Position numbers and translations under genes: made by a program. A stretch of 63,953 nucleotides of DNA, filler included, from Octopus bimaculoides (Eukaryota): assembly GCF_001194135.2 (NCBI RefSeq). It is 7 parts of 6 records of this genome, joined end to end, with 100 filler letters (N's around TTAATTAATTAA, not from the genome) between each part and the next. Parts side by side here need not be neighbours in the genome. Positions count along the whole stretch, not along the records: positions 20,433 to 37,857 come from NC_068997.1; positions 37,958 to 50,154 come from NC_068985.1; positions 50,255 to 58,701 come from NC_068981.1; 4 more parts are not named here. One strand, 5' to 3'. Under the pieces are notes generated by a model. The model was not told the origin of the DNA. It ran no database searches and saw only the letters and a program-made list of their open reading frames with translations. This document shows, one piece after another, positions 36,600 through 50,261 of the stretch (position 1 is its first letter; each line of letters begins with the position of its first letter).

Positions 36600-37570
36600 T
36601 GGAAGGTTAAAGGCTTCCTTGACGCCTGCCAGAGAAACAAGTAGCTATCACCATCGAAGGCATCGAGGTGAAGAGTGCTTCTTTGAGGAGCGAGGAGTTG
36701 TCACGTAGAAGGTCTGTGGCTCAACTCACTAACAAAGTGAAACTAACTGTTTAAGTACGAGTTTTACTACGCATGTGCACTCGAGGGGCTTCCGGTGGTG
36801 AAGTCCCCTGCGCATGCGCAGAATAGTACTTCCTCAATGGCGGCTATAATTTCGCCCCCCCCCCCTCCGAGTGCGTAGCACGAATAAGGAAATGATTGTA
36901 GTAGGCGCCTGAAACAAGATGCAGCTGTAGATATACAATGAAAAAGAAACAATTCGTTAATACAGAGAATGAAAAATAATATTCCAGCGGCACAAGTCAA
37001 GTTCAGCTTGGTAAATGTTGTTGGCTGTAAAAAAATTTTTTTGCTGCTTATGTCACTGCAGTTCCTTTATTACTTGTGATTGATGCAGTGGCGCAAGAAA
37101 TGTCTGAGTGTTCAGTACTAATAGGGAAAGTACTCAAACACAATTCGAGCCTTTTTTACAAAAGGAATGCTGAAAAGTGCAATAATATACAATGCAGTCA
37201 AATATAAATTGTCTTGGAGAGGTTCTTCGGCCAGTGCACTGTACGGCCAGACCTAGTGACATAGGGTTCACTTGTGGTAGTTCTCAACGATGAAGGTGGA
37301 GTTTTCACAGGTGTATATGTTGGTGATGATAAAGGTGTATGCGTTGGTGATGGTGTTGACAAAGGTATATGCAAGGTTGAAAAGGGAGTATGTCAGTATT
37401 GTCAACGGAAGATGTAGTTTCATCAAAATACGCTTTCTTCAGACGGTCGACAGACACAGTCTCCGTACGACCATTAGCGTCTATTTTAAAAAATTTGGGT
37501 GTGCGTGCGAGAGAGCGCATGAAAGGGTCCTTTATAAGGAGAAACAGAATCATCCCTAACAAACACATGT
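36600..37570 (-). mobile_element. Gypsy 3' remnant: integrase C-terminus, polypurine tract, probable 3' LTR
   Basis: HVFVRDDSV.SPYKGPF...TPKFFKIDANGRTETVSVDRLKKAY, then TRSGRTVHWPK. GGAGGGGGGGGGGG PPT at 36868-36855. The left boundary of the LTR is uncertain. Confidence 0.7.
36765..36845. promoter_or_regulatory. CpG-rich cluster of promoter-type motifs (NRF1-, ETS- and YY1-like)
   Basis: TGCGCATGCGCA at 36809-36820, CTTCCGGT at 36789-36796, ACTTCCT at 36828-36834, CAATGGCGGC at 36835-36844. Confidence 0.4.
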
Positions 37571-37957
37571 ATAGGAAAGTTGGTTATACATCATTAGATA
37601 TATACCTGACTTTCCTATATAAAATTAAAGAATATAACGGAACGCTGAACTCCAGACCATCAACTTAAACAACATTTTATTCAGGTGGTAAATATATACA
37701 TCTTTAGCTCTTGTTGTTACAGCTTCTATGTGAGTGAGCATAGTTGTTGGGACGTTGTTATGTAGATGTGAGCGAGCTGTCGAGTGTAAGTCCGAAAGAT
37801 GGAGAGTGACAGCTATACACGTAAAGAGACTGTCTCCAGGTTGGAATGTTAGAGACANNNNNNNNNNNNNNNNNNNNNNNNNNNNNNNNNNNNNNNNNNN
37901 NTTAATTAATTAANNNNNNNNNNNNNNNNNNNNNNNNNNNNNNNNNNNNNNNNNNNN

Positions 37958-38039
<82 letters not shown>

Positions 38040-38525
38040 ATATAATATGTGTGTGCCTGTGTGCGTGTGCGTGGTGTTTGTGTGTGCATGCTTTAATGAA
38101 TATTTTGTCTTTATATTCTGGTGTATGTTTTGCCGTCTAATCATTACCAAATATAAATAAGAAAGGACCTTACAACATTATCTCTTATTTTTTTATCCAA
38201 AATGTTGCTTATGCTCCCAATCCGTTTCTCTCGATTCATCTCTCAGTCCTTTTCTGTCTCTTTTCAACCCTTTCCCCCCTTATCTCTGTATCTTTCACTG
38301 CCATATCATCTCTCTTTATGCACTCACCAACTGTCACAACCTGCCTTTGAAATACGCGCATATATAAACACACAAACGAACAAATAACCCATTTTATACT
38401 TTAGTAACATATAACACTGCAATTTTCACACCTACTGGTGTTGCTGCATTACTCATCTAAATGCATATAAGCTCTTTGGAAACTGGATGTGTATCTAATA
38501 AAAAAAAGCATACGTATATACATAC

Positions 38526-38580
<55 letters not shown>

Positions 38581-39348
38581 NNNNNNNNNNNNNNNNNNNN
38601 NNNNNNNNNNNNNNNNNNNNNNNNNNNNNNNNNNNNNNNNNNNNNNNNNNNNNNNNNNNNNNNNNNNNNNNNNNNNNNNNNNNNNNNNNNNNNNNNNNNN
38701 NNNNNNNNNNNNNNNNNNNNNNNNNNNNNNNNNNNNNNNNNNNNNNNNNNNNNNNNNNNNNNNNNNNNNNNNNNNNNNNNNNNNNNNNNNNNNNNNNNNN
38801 NNNNNNNNNNNNNNNNNNNNNNNNNNNNNNNNNNNNNNNNNNNNNNNNNNNNNNNNNNNNNNNNNNNNNNNNNNNNNNNNNNNNNNNNNNNNNNNNNNNN
38901 NNNNNNNNNNNNNNNNNNNNNNNNNNNNNNNNNNNNNNNNNNNNNNNNNNNNNNNNNNNNNNNNNNNNNNNNNNNNNNNNNNNNNNNNNNNNNNNNNNNN
39001 NNNNNNNNNNNNNNNNNNNNNNNNNNNNNNNNNNNNNNNNNNNNNNNNNNNNNNNNNNNNNNNNNNNNNNNNNNNNNNNNNNNNNNNNNNNNNNNNNNNN
39101 NNNNNNNNNNNNNNNNNNNNNNNNNNNNNNNNNNNNNNNNNNNNNNNNNNNNNNNNNNNNNNNNNNNNNNNNNNNNNNNNNNNNNNNNNNNNNNNNNNNN
39201 NNNNNNNNNNNNNNNNNNNNNNNNNNNNNNNNNNNNNNNNNNNNNNNNNNNNNNNNNNNNNNNNNNNNNNNNNNNNNNNNNNNNNNNNNNNNNNNNNNNN
39301 NNNNNNNNNNNNNNNNNNNNNNNNNNNNNNNNNNNNNNNNNNNNNNNN

Positions 39349-39419
<71 letters not shown>

Positions 39420-39861
39420 TATATGTGTGTGTACACACATGTATGCACACATATATATATATATGTATATACGCACATACACATGTACATACAGATATAC
39501 ATATACATGTAGATATGCGCACGCACTCTCCCACACTCTCATACACACGCGCACAGACATCCTTGTGTAAATACATACGCAGAAACACATGCAATTATAC
39601 ATTCTTTGTATATTGACTGGCAAACATGCAAATCCATATACACACCCTCTTTGAATCTTGCTCTTTAATAACTTCATTCCATCTTACACGATTTCTGGTT
39701 CTCCTTTCATAGTCTTGTGAATGAATGATAAACTCTTTTGAACAAGAGTATATATGTGTATACAGAACAAACACTTAAACACATATACACACATGCATGA
39801 ATGCACACTTCCTCCTAATTTGTCTCTTTTTCGGTCTCTTTCTGTCTCTCCCTCTCTCTCG

Positions 39862-39900
<39 letters not shown>

Positions 39901-40078
39901 CTTCTTTCTTTCTTTCTTTCTTTCTCCCCCCCCTATCTCTCTCTCTCTCTCACACACACACACACTTATGTACACATACGTGATTAGCAAACCTATTCAC
40001 TGCGAAACATGGAACTTCATGTAGAAATGCAGCAGGTAGCNNNNNNNNNNNNNNNNNNNNNNNNNNNNNNACACACAT

Positions 40079-40117
<39 letters not shown>

Positions 40118-40717
40118 AATGTACACACATACAAACACGTTCACACCCATACACACGTACACACACACGTGCACACACACACACATGCGTACATACATTT
40201 CATATAAATACCCGCTTGCAAACGTTTATTTCTTATTTAAACACGTATATTTAAAAACGTAGTCTGTTTCCACTTTTGGGGTTGTTTTATCTACTTTTTT
40301 TTATTAAGCCACTTAAAGAAATTCTCATAGAACTCTACGTTTTATTTTTTCTTTAAATATAAAGAATATATGGCACCATATGTATAATTTCAACAAGCTC
40401 ACACTCCTGTAAGATCGCTGGCGACAAAACCTGAATCGTTGTTTCTTTTCTTGATTTTTTTGCCTGCAAAACTTTATATATAATATTTTTAATTTGGCTT
40501 TTGGTAGTGGATTTAAGAAAAAAAATGTGTAAGTATAGAGATTTCACCTCCTCTCTCCTCCAAACACACACATACACACGAAAGAAAAACATTATAATTA
40601 TGAGCGCTTTCTCTGGTGCTACAAAGAATGAAAAATGATATCTATGGAAATAAAATATCCATGGAAATCAAATGCATGTGGTTTGAAGTGCTTATTTGTA
40701 TAATATAAGTTATGAGA

Positions 40718-40766
<49 letters not shown>

Positions 40767-40851
40767 NNNNNNNNNNNNNNNNNNNNNNNNNNNNNNNNNN
40801 NNNNNNNNNNNNNNNNNNNNNNNNNNNNNNNNNNNNNNNNNNNNNNNNNNN

Positions 40852-40852
<1 letters not shown>

Positions 40853-40943
<91 letters not shown>

Positions 40944-40956
40944 GTAGATAGATAGG

Positions 40957-41007
<51 letters not shown>
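40853..41007. repeat. (AG)n plus (AGAT)n compound microsatellite
   Basis: Seen directly. Confidence 0.95.
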
Positions 41008-41008
<1 letters not shown>

Positions 41009-42115
41009 AGAATGAGAGAAGTGTTGAGTTTGGAGACAACTGAAAGAATGAGAGCGTTGAGTTGGGCGAGAGGATTGTTAAATCCTGAACGAATATGTTT
41101 CATTTTCTTGAGTATCGCAGTTCAATACTCGCCTGAAAGCATTGACGATATCAGCATATAAAACACTTCAACACAATGAATGAATTTAAATGTGTTGAAA
41201 AGAAAAGTAAGCTTTATGTCTCTACATATTTATTTCAATTACTTTGCTTCATACCGTATAAATAATACATTTGATTTTTCCGGCGCCATTAAGATTTCAT
41301 TGTAAGTTTCTATGAAATAGTTGTTGAGAAACTCGCAGGCATAGCTGCACGGTTAACGCGTTTGCATTGCAACTCGGTGGATTCGAATTCTTTACTATAT
41401 CGCAGTAGTTTGGGTCCGTGAATTCTAAATACATCTTTGGAGTTAAACTGCCCTGTGAGTGGAATCTGGTAAGCACAAAAATACAAGAAACCCAGTGTAT
41501 GTGTACTGCTGATGTATATTGGTGAAGGTTGTTAAACATCGATGAGAAAAAAACAACGAAAATTCAATTCGTTATGAACATCATTCCTCGTGGCATATGT
41601 TCTGCCGCGAGTCTCATAAATGCTTCAGACTACTACGGTGGAATTTAAAAGTGGTTTCTTTCAGCTGTTATTTCTAGCATGTCATGTAACCCCATAGAAA
41701 ATCTTCCGTGACTCATGCGCCTATAGGTTGATAATTGTAGTAAAAATGCGTGTTAGGAAGGTATTTCAGCTGATTTTCATTTGAGATGTGGGGGACTCAG
41801 AGAAGTGGTTTGGAATGAAATACTGTAGACATATTAAGAAAAGAAAAAAATGACAGACACATGGGGACAGTAGACAGCTTGCTGTCGATGACTTTGTTGA
41901 AGTCAACAGCAATAACATTGTTTTCATTGAAATTCTCAAGTGCAAGATACTAATTGTGTGAGACATATATATATGAAAGCAGATCTCCGATTAATTTGGT
42001 TCTTTGAGAACCTTACTGATGGCCACAAGGACGGGAAGAATCTCAGACTGATAAATTAAGATAAAAAAAACAGCTTTCCCCTGTTCCCTTTTCCCGTCCA
42101 AACTGCTGCTGCTGT

Positions 42116-42193
42116 TTCTTCTTCTTCTTCTTCTTCTTCTTCTTCTTCTTCTTCTTCTTCTTCTTCTTCTTCTTCTTCTTCTTCTTCTTCTTC
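42116..42193. repeat. (CTT)n microsatellite
   Basis: Seen directly; explains the poly-Arg ORF. Confidence 0.95.
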
Positions 42194-42649
42194 TCATCCT
42201 CCTCCTCATCATGACCATCNNNNNNNNNNNNNNNNNNNNNNNNNNNNNNNNNNNNNNNNNNNNNNNNNNNNNNNNNNNNNNNNNNNNNNNNNNNNNNNNN
42301 NNNNNNNNNNNNNNNNNNNNNNNNNNNNNNNNNNNNNNNNNNNNNNNNNNNNNNNNNNNNNNNNNNNNNNNNNNNNNNNNNNNNNNNNNNNNNNNNNNNN
42401 NNNNNNNNNNNNNNNNNNNNNNNNNNNNNNNNNNNNNNNNNNNNNNNNNNNNNNNNNNNNNNNNNNNNNNNNNNNNNNNNNNNNNNNNNNNNNNNNNNNN
42501 NNNNNNNNNNNNNNNNNNNNNNNNNNNNNNNNNNNNNNNNNNNNNNNNNNNNNNNNNNNNNNNNNNAAAATATATATAATCAATGTTTCTAGGTTATATT
42601 GATATGGCAAAAACAATTTAAATTAAAGTCTTACAACTGCAATGCAAAT

Positions 42650-43410
42650 TTTACTCAGGATGAAAAGCAAAGTCGACCTCGGCGGGATTTGAACTTAGAA
42701 CATAAAGACGGACGAAATGGTGCTAAAATTTTTTTTCGCTGTGCTAACGCTTCTGCCAACACATCACTTTCATAATAATATTGATTTCAAATTTTGGCTC
42801 AAGGCCAGCAATTTCAGGGGAGCGGTTAAGTCGATAACGTTGACCGCAGGCTTCAACTGGTACTTATTTTATCGACCCCCCCCCCACCAAAAGATGAAAA
42901 GCAAAGTCGATCCCACGGAATTTGAACTCAGAACATAAAGATGCTAAGCATTGTGCTCGGCGTGCTAGCGATTCTGCCTGGTAGCCGCCTTCTTCGCCTT
43001 CATAATAATAATATTTTCTGCTATAAGCACAAAGCCTGAAATTTTCGAGGAGAACGATTTGTCGATTACACCAACCCCAGTATTCAACTGGTACTTATTT
43101 CATCGACCCCGGATGGATGAAAGGTCAAATCCACCTCAGCGGAATTTGTACTTAGAACCTAACGCTGGAAGAAATGCCGCATTTTTCCGCCATCAGTAAT
43201 AGTAATAATAACGGTTTCAAATTTTGGCACAAGACCAGTAATTTGGGGGCAAGGGATAAGTCGATTATATTGACCTAGTATTTCCCTGGTACTATCGACC
43301 CCGAAAGGATGAAAGGCAAAGTCGACCTCGGCGGAATTTCAACTCAGAACGAAATACTTTCTAAGTATTTCGTCCAGTAGCGTGCTAATGATTCTGCCAG
43401 CTCACCGCTT
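42650..43410 (-). mobile_element. Head-to-tail array of four SINE family B copies
   Basis: The GGATGAAA(G/A)GCAAAGTCGA..CGGAATTT block recurs at about 42660, 42895, 43115 and 43308. Copies are separated by short (AAT)n tracts. Confidence 0.8.
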
Positions 43411-43435
43411 TAATAATAATAATAATAATAATAAT

Positions 43436-43860
43436 AATTAAGGCCAATAGACCAGATATAGTTGTCAAAGATCATGAATGAAAAAAATGCTTTCTAATTG
43501 ATGTATCAATACCAGCAGATGACAACGTTTCCCTAAAAGAAATGGTGTAACTTTCAAAATACAAAGACCTGGAAATAGAGGTAACTCGAATGTGGAATCT
43601 AAAAACAGAAACAATTCCTATCATAGTAGGTGCCTTAGGTATAATAAAAAAATATTCAGACAAATACATAACAAAGACACCAGGACTTACAAATATATAT
43701 AACATACAGAAAATTGCACTACTGGGCACTGCACACATCCTACGCAAAACACTTTCAATACAGTAACCATAAGAGCATCACAGCAAACCACAGCACATAC
43801 CCAAGGCACACAGAGCTGCGCTCGGTAGTGAAGTGAAAGCACGTTATAAAAATAAAACTA

Positions 43861-43911
<51 letters not shown>
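43436..43911 (+). mobile_element. 5'-truncated R4/Dong LINE (restriction-like endonuclease end, 3' UTR, (AAT)n tail)
   Basis: KANRPDIVVKDHE*KKCFLIDVSIPADDNVSLKEM..SKYKDLEIEVTRMWNLKTETIPIIVGALG...QKIALLGTAHILRKTLSIQ*. (TAA)n on both sides. Confidence 0.9.
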
Positions 43912-44773
43912 TACAAAATATGGCACCTATCAAATAATTTCCGCAGAATTTCCATATAAGAAACGCACTTAAATGTATTCACATCACTAGTCAATGCTAA
44001 ATAACATCTCTATAATGTCAATTCTATCAGATATCTATCTCAGTAAGACATAAACTAAACCACGACATACATGCATACAAGATATCTACCTTCCACGCTG
44101 TCCGCTCACATACGGACACCAACGTCTAACGCATAATCAGTATATGTTCCAGATGTATTAGCTGCAAAAACAAAAAACAAAAACAAAAGATAAAACGACA
44201 TACTGAATGTTAGTTGTTTCTTATATGTTTTACTGAAGTAAGTAAAAGCCATCGTAGTATGACTGCGAAAGAAAAATAGCTTGAGTGAGAGGTAGAGAGT
44301 AGGAGATACAATACAAGGAGAGAAGATGCGAGAGAATGAGAGAGATGGAGAGAAAGAGAGAGGTATAGATTCTTGAAAGATATAGAAATACAAGTTTACT
44401 GTAATTTAACGGAATATTTTGACAACTATAATCTAAATGACACAACTGACAGACCAGAGGCGTCTTAAACGATAACTAATGCTGCTCTTATCTCTTACTA
44501 GACAAACAGGCAACGTTGCTTGAATAGACTACTTTTGATTCTGTTACACAAAGTTGTATGATACGCACACACAAACTTGCACTAATATATAAACGTACAT
44601 ATATANNNNNNNNNNNNNNNNNNNNNNNNNNNNNNNNNNNNNNNNNNNNNNNNNNNNNNNNNNNNNNNNNNNNNNNNNNNNNNNNNNNNNNNNNNNNNNN
44701 NNNNNNNNNNNNNNNNNNNNNNNNNNNNNNNNNNNNNNNNNNNNNNNNNNNNNNNNNNNNNNNNNNNNNNNNN

Positions 44774-44812
<39 letters not shown>

Positions 44813-45054
44813 TACATTCATACATACATACATACCTACTTGCATATTTTTATATATGTGTGTGTGAGTATATATATATAGACGTATATGTGTGTGTATA
44901 CATATATATATACGTACGTGTACACATGTATGCGTATATGTGTGTGCATATATATATATAAACACATGTATACACATAAACATATATATGTATGTGTGTG
45001 TGTGTGTGTGCATTTATATATATGCATATATATATTTATGAATATATACATGCA

Positions 45055-45093
<39 letters not shown>

Positions 45094-46280
45094 CATACAT
45101 GCATATACATACATGCATATACATACATATACATATGCATATATACATATATATATATGTACCACTAACAAAGGTAGTAATAGCTTACTCTCACACCTGC
45201 GGTTTGTGAATCCACAGTAACAAATATATAAATGTGTGTGTGTGTGTGCGTGCGCGTGTGTGCGTGCGTGTGTGTGTATTCTAGATATATTTCTCAGTCT
45301 TTTTTTCTGCTCTCTTTCTTACACGCTTGCATTGCTCCTCTCTGGCTTTCTTTTCCTTCTTTCTCTCTTCTTTCCTTCCTTCCGTTCTTTCTTCCTCCCT
45401 TTCTTTCTTTATTACACCTGCATTCTTTCCCACCTATAGATCTGTATGCATGTATCTGTGAATATATGTTTCTATGTACTTACGTAGAAATATATAGACA
45501 TATATCTATGTTTGTATGTATGCGGTTATAAATCTGTGACATGTTCAGTAACGCACTATAAAGGTGAAATTCAGCCGCATGCAAAATATGTCCAGTGTTA
45601 TCAAGGGTCACAATTCTAAATAGACCAAAAGACAATTGCTGACATATGAAGCTCTAATCTCTGGAAAGGATATATGCCTCAATACATGCAAGATAACTTG
45701 TATTCGGCTTATAATGAGGAAGCTTTTTCTCATCAACATCTTCTCTCACTACTACTTGACAAGCAGCGCTGCGTTTTCAAAGTGTATTTCGAGATCGGAT
45801 AATTAGGGAAAGAGCAAACTACATTTTGTTAGTGATAGTAAGCGAATCACCAAGGTATCGCAGAGGATCGAGATACTGCGGTGTCTGTTATACAGATAAG
45901 CTCCACATACTACTCACTCTACTCTAGTGCCATATGAAATAGACAAATAAAACGAGAATAGTTTCATCCTACCACCATGGGTCGAACTATTTTCTTATCA
46001 GAAACATGAAGGGATCCCCATTAATGTTGCAAAAAAAAAGATAAATAAATAAATAAAAAGGCACGCGGTCACTTTATCACATTCAGAAATGTAGGCAATT
46101 CTAGAGAATATGCGGGGCTTCTCGTGACTACAGGGGAACCAAAAGTCTGGGATTTCTCAGCCTAATATACTCGCTTGCATGTATGCATGTATGTATATAA
46201 TCGTATATACATATAAACGAAAATGTACACACACACAGACAAACACACACACTTACACATATATTATATATATATACATA

Positions 46281-46332
<52 letters not shown>

Positions 46333-46669
46333 GATAGATAGATAGATAGATATATTTACATATATAGTATGAATATATATGTATAAATATATGCATCTTT
46401 CTATCTTTCACCGTTTTCTATCTGTCTGTCTGTCTACCTCTTTCTTTTTTCTCTCTCTCGTTGCACACACGTAATCATCATCCATCTTTCTTTTCCTCAC
46501 GCGACCATCTTTTTTTTCCTGCACGGATGTTCAAAAGACTGAAAGTTTTATTTCTCTCTCTTCTATCTTTTCTTATTTCAAAGAAAATATTTCTCCCAGC
46601 ATTCACTATTTTCCTCTCGTTCTGGTCTAACGATATGCACTGATATATATACAAACACACACACGCACG

Positions 46670-46722
<53 letters not shown>

Positions 46723-47642
46723 ACACACACACACACACTTGTTACAGGTAGCACTAATGAGCAATAGCAAATCGCAAATAAATTGTACCTAAAGTAAAAC
46801 ATGATAGAACTTTAGCAATAGTTATCAATAACATCAACATATTCGTTAACATAAATTACCAACTTCATTTAAACATTCACAAAGCATATAATTAAAACAA
46901 TGCCTTTTAAGCAAAGCAACACTGACAACAACATTCATTTATTCGTGAAAGTTTCTAAGTTGGTACTAGAATATGTTGCTATGGTATTTTAGTGTGAGCA
47001 CTTCAGTCACGTTATAGATTCACATCACTGTAGCTAGTGCCATTAGCTAAAAAGCCAGCTTCATTTTGCAGCTATATTGTTCCTTATCGCATAGAACTGT
47101 TGTTGATCTTGCTTTTGTTGTCATCATTGCGAAGCGCCAGATGAATTTATGACGTGTCTACGTTACCACCGATTAATTTCTCACAATACCTCATGCTTTC
47201 GGCTAGATGGTGGAACAAGGATGCATACGTTCACGAAGGAAGAAGCTCTTCATAGTTGTCATTCAACTAGAATTAAAAAGCAACCAAATCCCCTTTAAAT
47301 TTTTGTACACTACCGTAATACAGATGACTATTTGGGATAACTGAATTCTGAACATAACATGCTAGAAAAGAACACGTGTGAGTCACGGCTAAAAGACTAA
47401 TCAAACGGGGAAATAAAGACTTGCAGAAAATGGACATAGAAATATTGTTACTTGTGACTCCTATTCTCAAATTGTAAATTCATATGGTGATTGCTAACAT
47501 CAGTAAAATTTACGTTATGAGACACAAGATTAACCTTAAATATTATGTCACATTCTGTGGTCATTTAAACGGGTACACTGTGGATGATGAAAGGGCAATA
47601 TATGCCTGAAGATAGTCCAACTTAAATCATTTTTCCTCTCCA

Positions 47643-48694
47643 TCTATATCTATAAAATTCACTGTGTGTGTGAGTGTTTCCTCTAGGCACCGCCAAACTG
47701 CTGGATCAATCTGTACCAAATTTGGCATGAAGGTTTTTCATTATCCAGGGAAGGTTCTAGGGATGGGGGTCAAATTTTGGCTCTTGATCATATAGGGGGG
47801 TGTAGATCCCCACTATACGACCTTTCCGATTGTTTCAACGCTATAATATTGCTTCACTTTTATTCTTTCACATTTTATAAGACTATAATATTGTTTCACT
47901 TTTTTCTTTCACTAATTGTTTCACTTTATTCTTTCACTTTTGATAAAACTTTCCCAAGATCAGCAAATGCATGCTGCAGCATGTCAAATGGAGTCTCAAG
48001 CCAAGCGAGACGACACTTTCTCAAGATCAGCAAACGCATGCTGTAGCATGTCAGATGAAGTTTCAGTACAGAAGGAAGATGAGGCTTTCCCAAAATTTCC
48101 AAATGAAACTAATGTCATGCGCTGCTCAAGTGGTAAGGTAAGATTATAAATCTTCTGGTAGGCACTTCCATTCAGTCAAAAGGTTTTCTGAACAATATCA
48201 GTTAATACAATTCTGCATTTCAAATGACATCGCTTGGAGTATCTAAAGAGATAGTTGAACATGGATTTACGCCAACATTTAAATTTCAAGGGGAAATCTA
48301 TCATCTCATTGCATCCCTATTACCTACAAATGAACAACTACACTTCCTCCAAATTTACTTCGAAGATAATAAACCCGAAGGAGGTGTCAAAGCTTCAGAT
48401 GATGGGTCGTGTTAGACGCAGCGCCGACTGCTTCAAAGGAGAGTATATCCACTGACAGCTTTTCGGTGCGTTCAAAAATCACATACCCCCACCTCCAATT
48501 TCCATGACCAGTTAGGACTTGCAATACTCCAAAAAGAGGCACGACATATCGCTTAGTCGAATTAGCCCATCATTTTCTCCACAAATGTTTTGTCGTCAAT
48601 ACTGCACTTACTCGTATCACCTGTTCCAGCATAACTGTAATATGTATACAAACTATGACATTTAACCCCGAGCAACACCGGGTATCTCTGCTAG
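47643..48694 (+). mobile_element. Non-autonomous Helitron with both termini and a Rep N-terminal remnant
   Basis: A|TCTATATCTATAAAA 5' end. KFPNETN.MRCSSGKVRL and NSAFQMTSLG...TPTFKFQGEIYHLIASLLP...HFLQIYF. 3' hairpin CCCG..CGGG then CTAG|T. Confidence 0.9.
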
Positions 48695-49607
48695 TAGAAT
48701 ATAAAAGCGAGGTGCTTGCCTGTGTCTATTAGGTATTTTGTTTGCTAAAGTTGTTACCGAAAACAGTATGAGACAAACAGTCGTACAGTACGATATTGAA
48801 ATAAAGCATTCCAACGAACCAGTAATTATATATGTATGCGCACGTGCACGTATACTTATATAAATACATTTATGTACATACATAAATACATTCATACGTA
48901 TATATATAAAATTATTAGTTCGTTAGCAGTGTTTGCTTCAGTGTAACATTGTTCGATGTCTGTCTATTACATACTGTGCTGTCTTTAGATTTCAGACTGA
49001 CGTAAGCACCTTGCTTTTATATATATAGAATACATAGAATATATACAATATGTTAATATATATTATATATTTATATATATGTGCATAAATACACACACAC
49101 CCGCACATACATACATATATATATTATGGAAACGCATACGTGCATACATACATACATACATACATACATACATACATACAGATGTTGCTTATGATAACAC
49201 TTCAAAAGGCTAAAAACAGTAAAAAGTAACAGACTAGATGGGAAATACAGAAAAGAAAACGGGGAAAAAGGCAAAATAGAAGTATTAAGATAAATAGTTG
49301 GACATCTATCAATAACACCTACTATATCGTTTCCAATTAAGAAGTAAATGAGAGCTATCAACAAGAAATGAAAGCTGGTGTGTTCTTTTAGAAGTTCTCA
49401 AAATGAAAGTGAAAGTAAACTACGCTATATAGTGTTTTGTTTAAAGCTATTTAACGCGTACAGTAACTCAGTATTATCAAAAGGTGTGAGACACTTATTA
49501 GGAAAATGGTAACAAAGGAATCACTTTAAATCTATTGTTCTTTTACTTCTAGCGTCTATTTCTTTCACTCTCTTTCACTATTATTTCGTCTCCCCTTTCA
49601 CCTTTTC

Positions 49608-49710
<103 letters not shown>

Positions 49711-49879
49711 GCATCTCTCGCTTTTCTCTCTCCTATATTTATGCATGTATAAATATATGTATAAATATATGTATAAATACATGTATAAATATATATATAT
49801 ATNNNNNNNNNNGTGTGTGTGTGTGTATGTGTGTGTGTGTGTATAAATATACGCATAAATATATATATACATGTATATA

Positions 49880-50059
49880 GATAGGCGCAGGAGTCGCTAT
49901 GTGATACGAAGCTTGCTTCCCAACCACATGGTTCCGGGTTCAGCCCCACTGCGTTACACCTTGGGCAAGTGTCTTCTTCTATAGTCTCGGGCCAACCAAA
50001 GCCTTGTGATTGGATTAGACAGAAACTGAAAGAAGCCCGTCGCAAATGTGTATATGTGT

Positions 50060-50095
<36 letters not shown>

Positions 50096-50154
50096 GTGTG
50101 CGTGTGTGTATGTGTGTATGTGTGTATTTGTGTGTCTGTATTTGGTTCCCGCAC
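49880..50154 (+). mobile_element. Composite SINE family A (head, (TG)n, start of 3' module; cut by gap)
   Basis: AGGCGCAGGAGTCGCTATGTG...GGTTCAGCCCC...CCTTGGGCAAGTGTCTTCT...CTGAAAGAAGCCCGTCG, then microsatellite. Confidence 0.8.
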
Positions 50155-50261
50155 NNNNNNNNNNNNNNNNNNNNNNNNNNNNNNNNNNNNNNNNNNNNTT
50201 AATTAATTAANNNNNNNNNNNNNNNNNNNNNNNNNNNNNNNNNNNNNNNNNNNNTGTAATA

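Noticed and set aside
28975-37570. Single Gypsy element comprising both remnants
   Set aside because: On the minus strand the integrase/PPT piece lies upstream of the PBS/gag piece, which is the wrong order. Treated as two insertions.
37630-37857. LTR-like segment upstream of the Gypsy integrase remnant
   Set aside because: It has AATAAA but is cut by a synthetic gap, shows no clear PBS, and does not match the sequence after the PPT.
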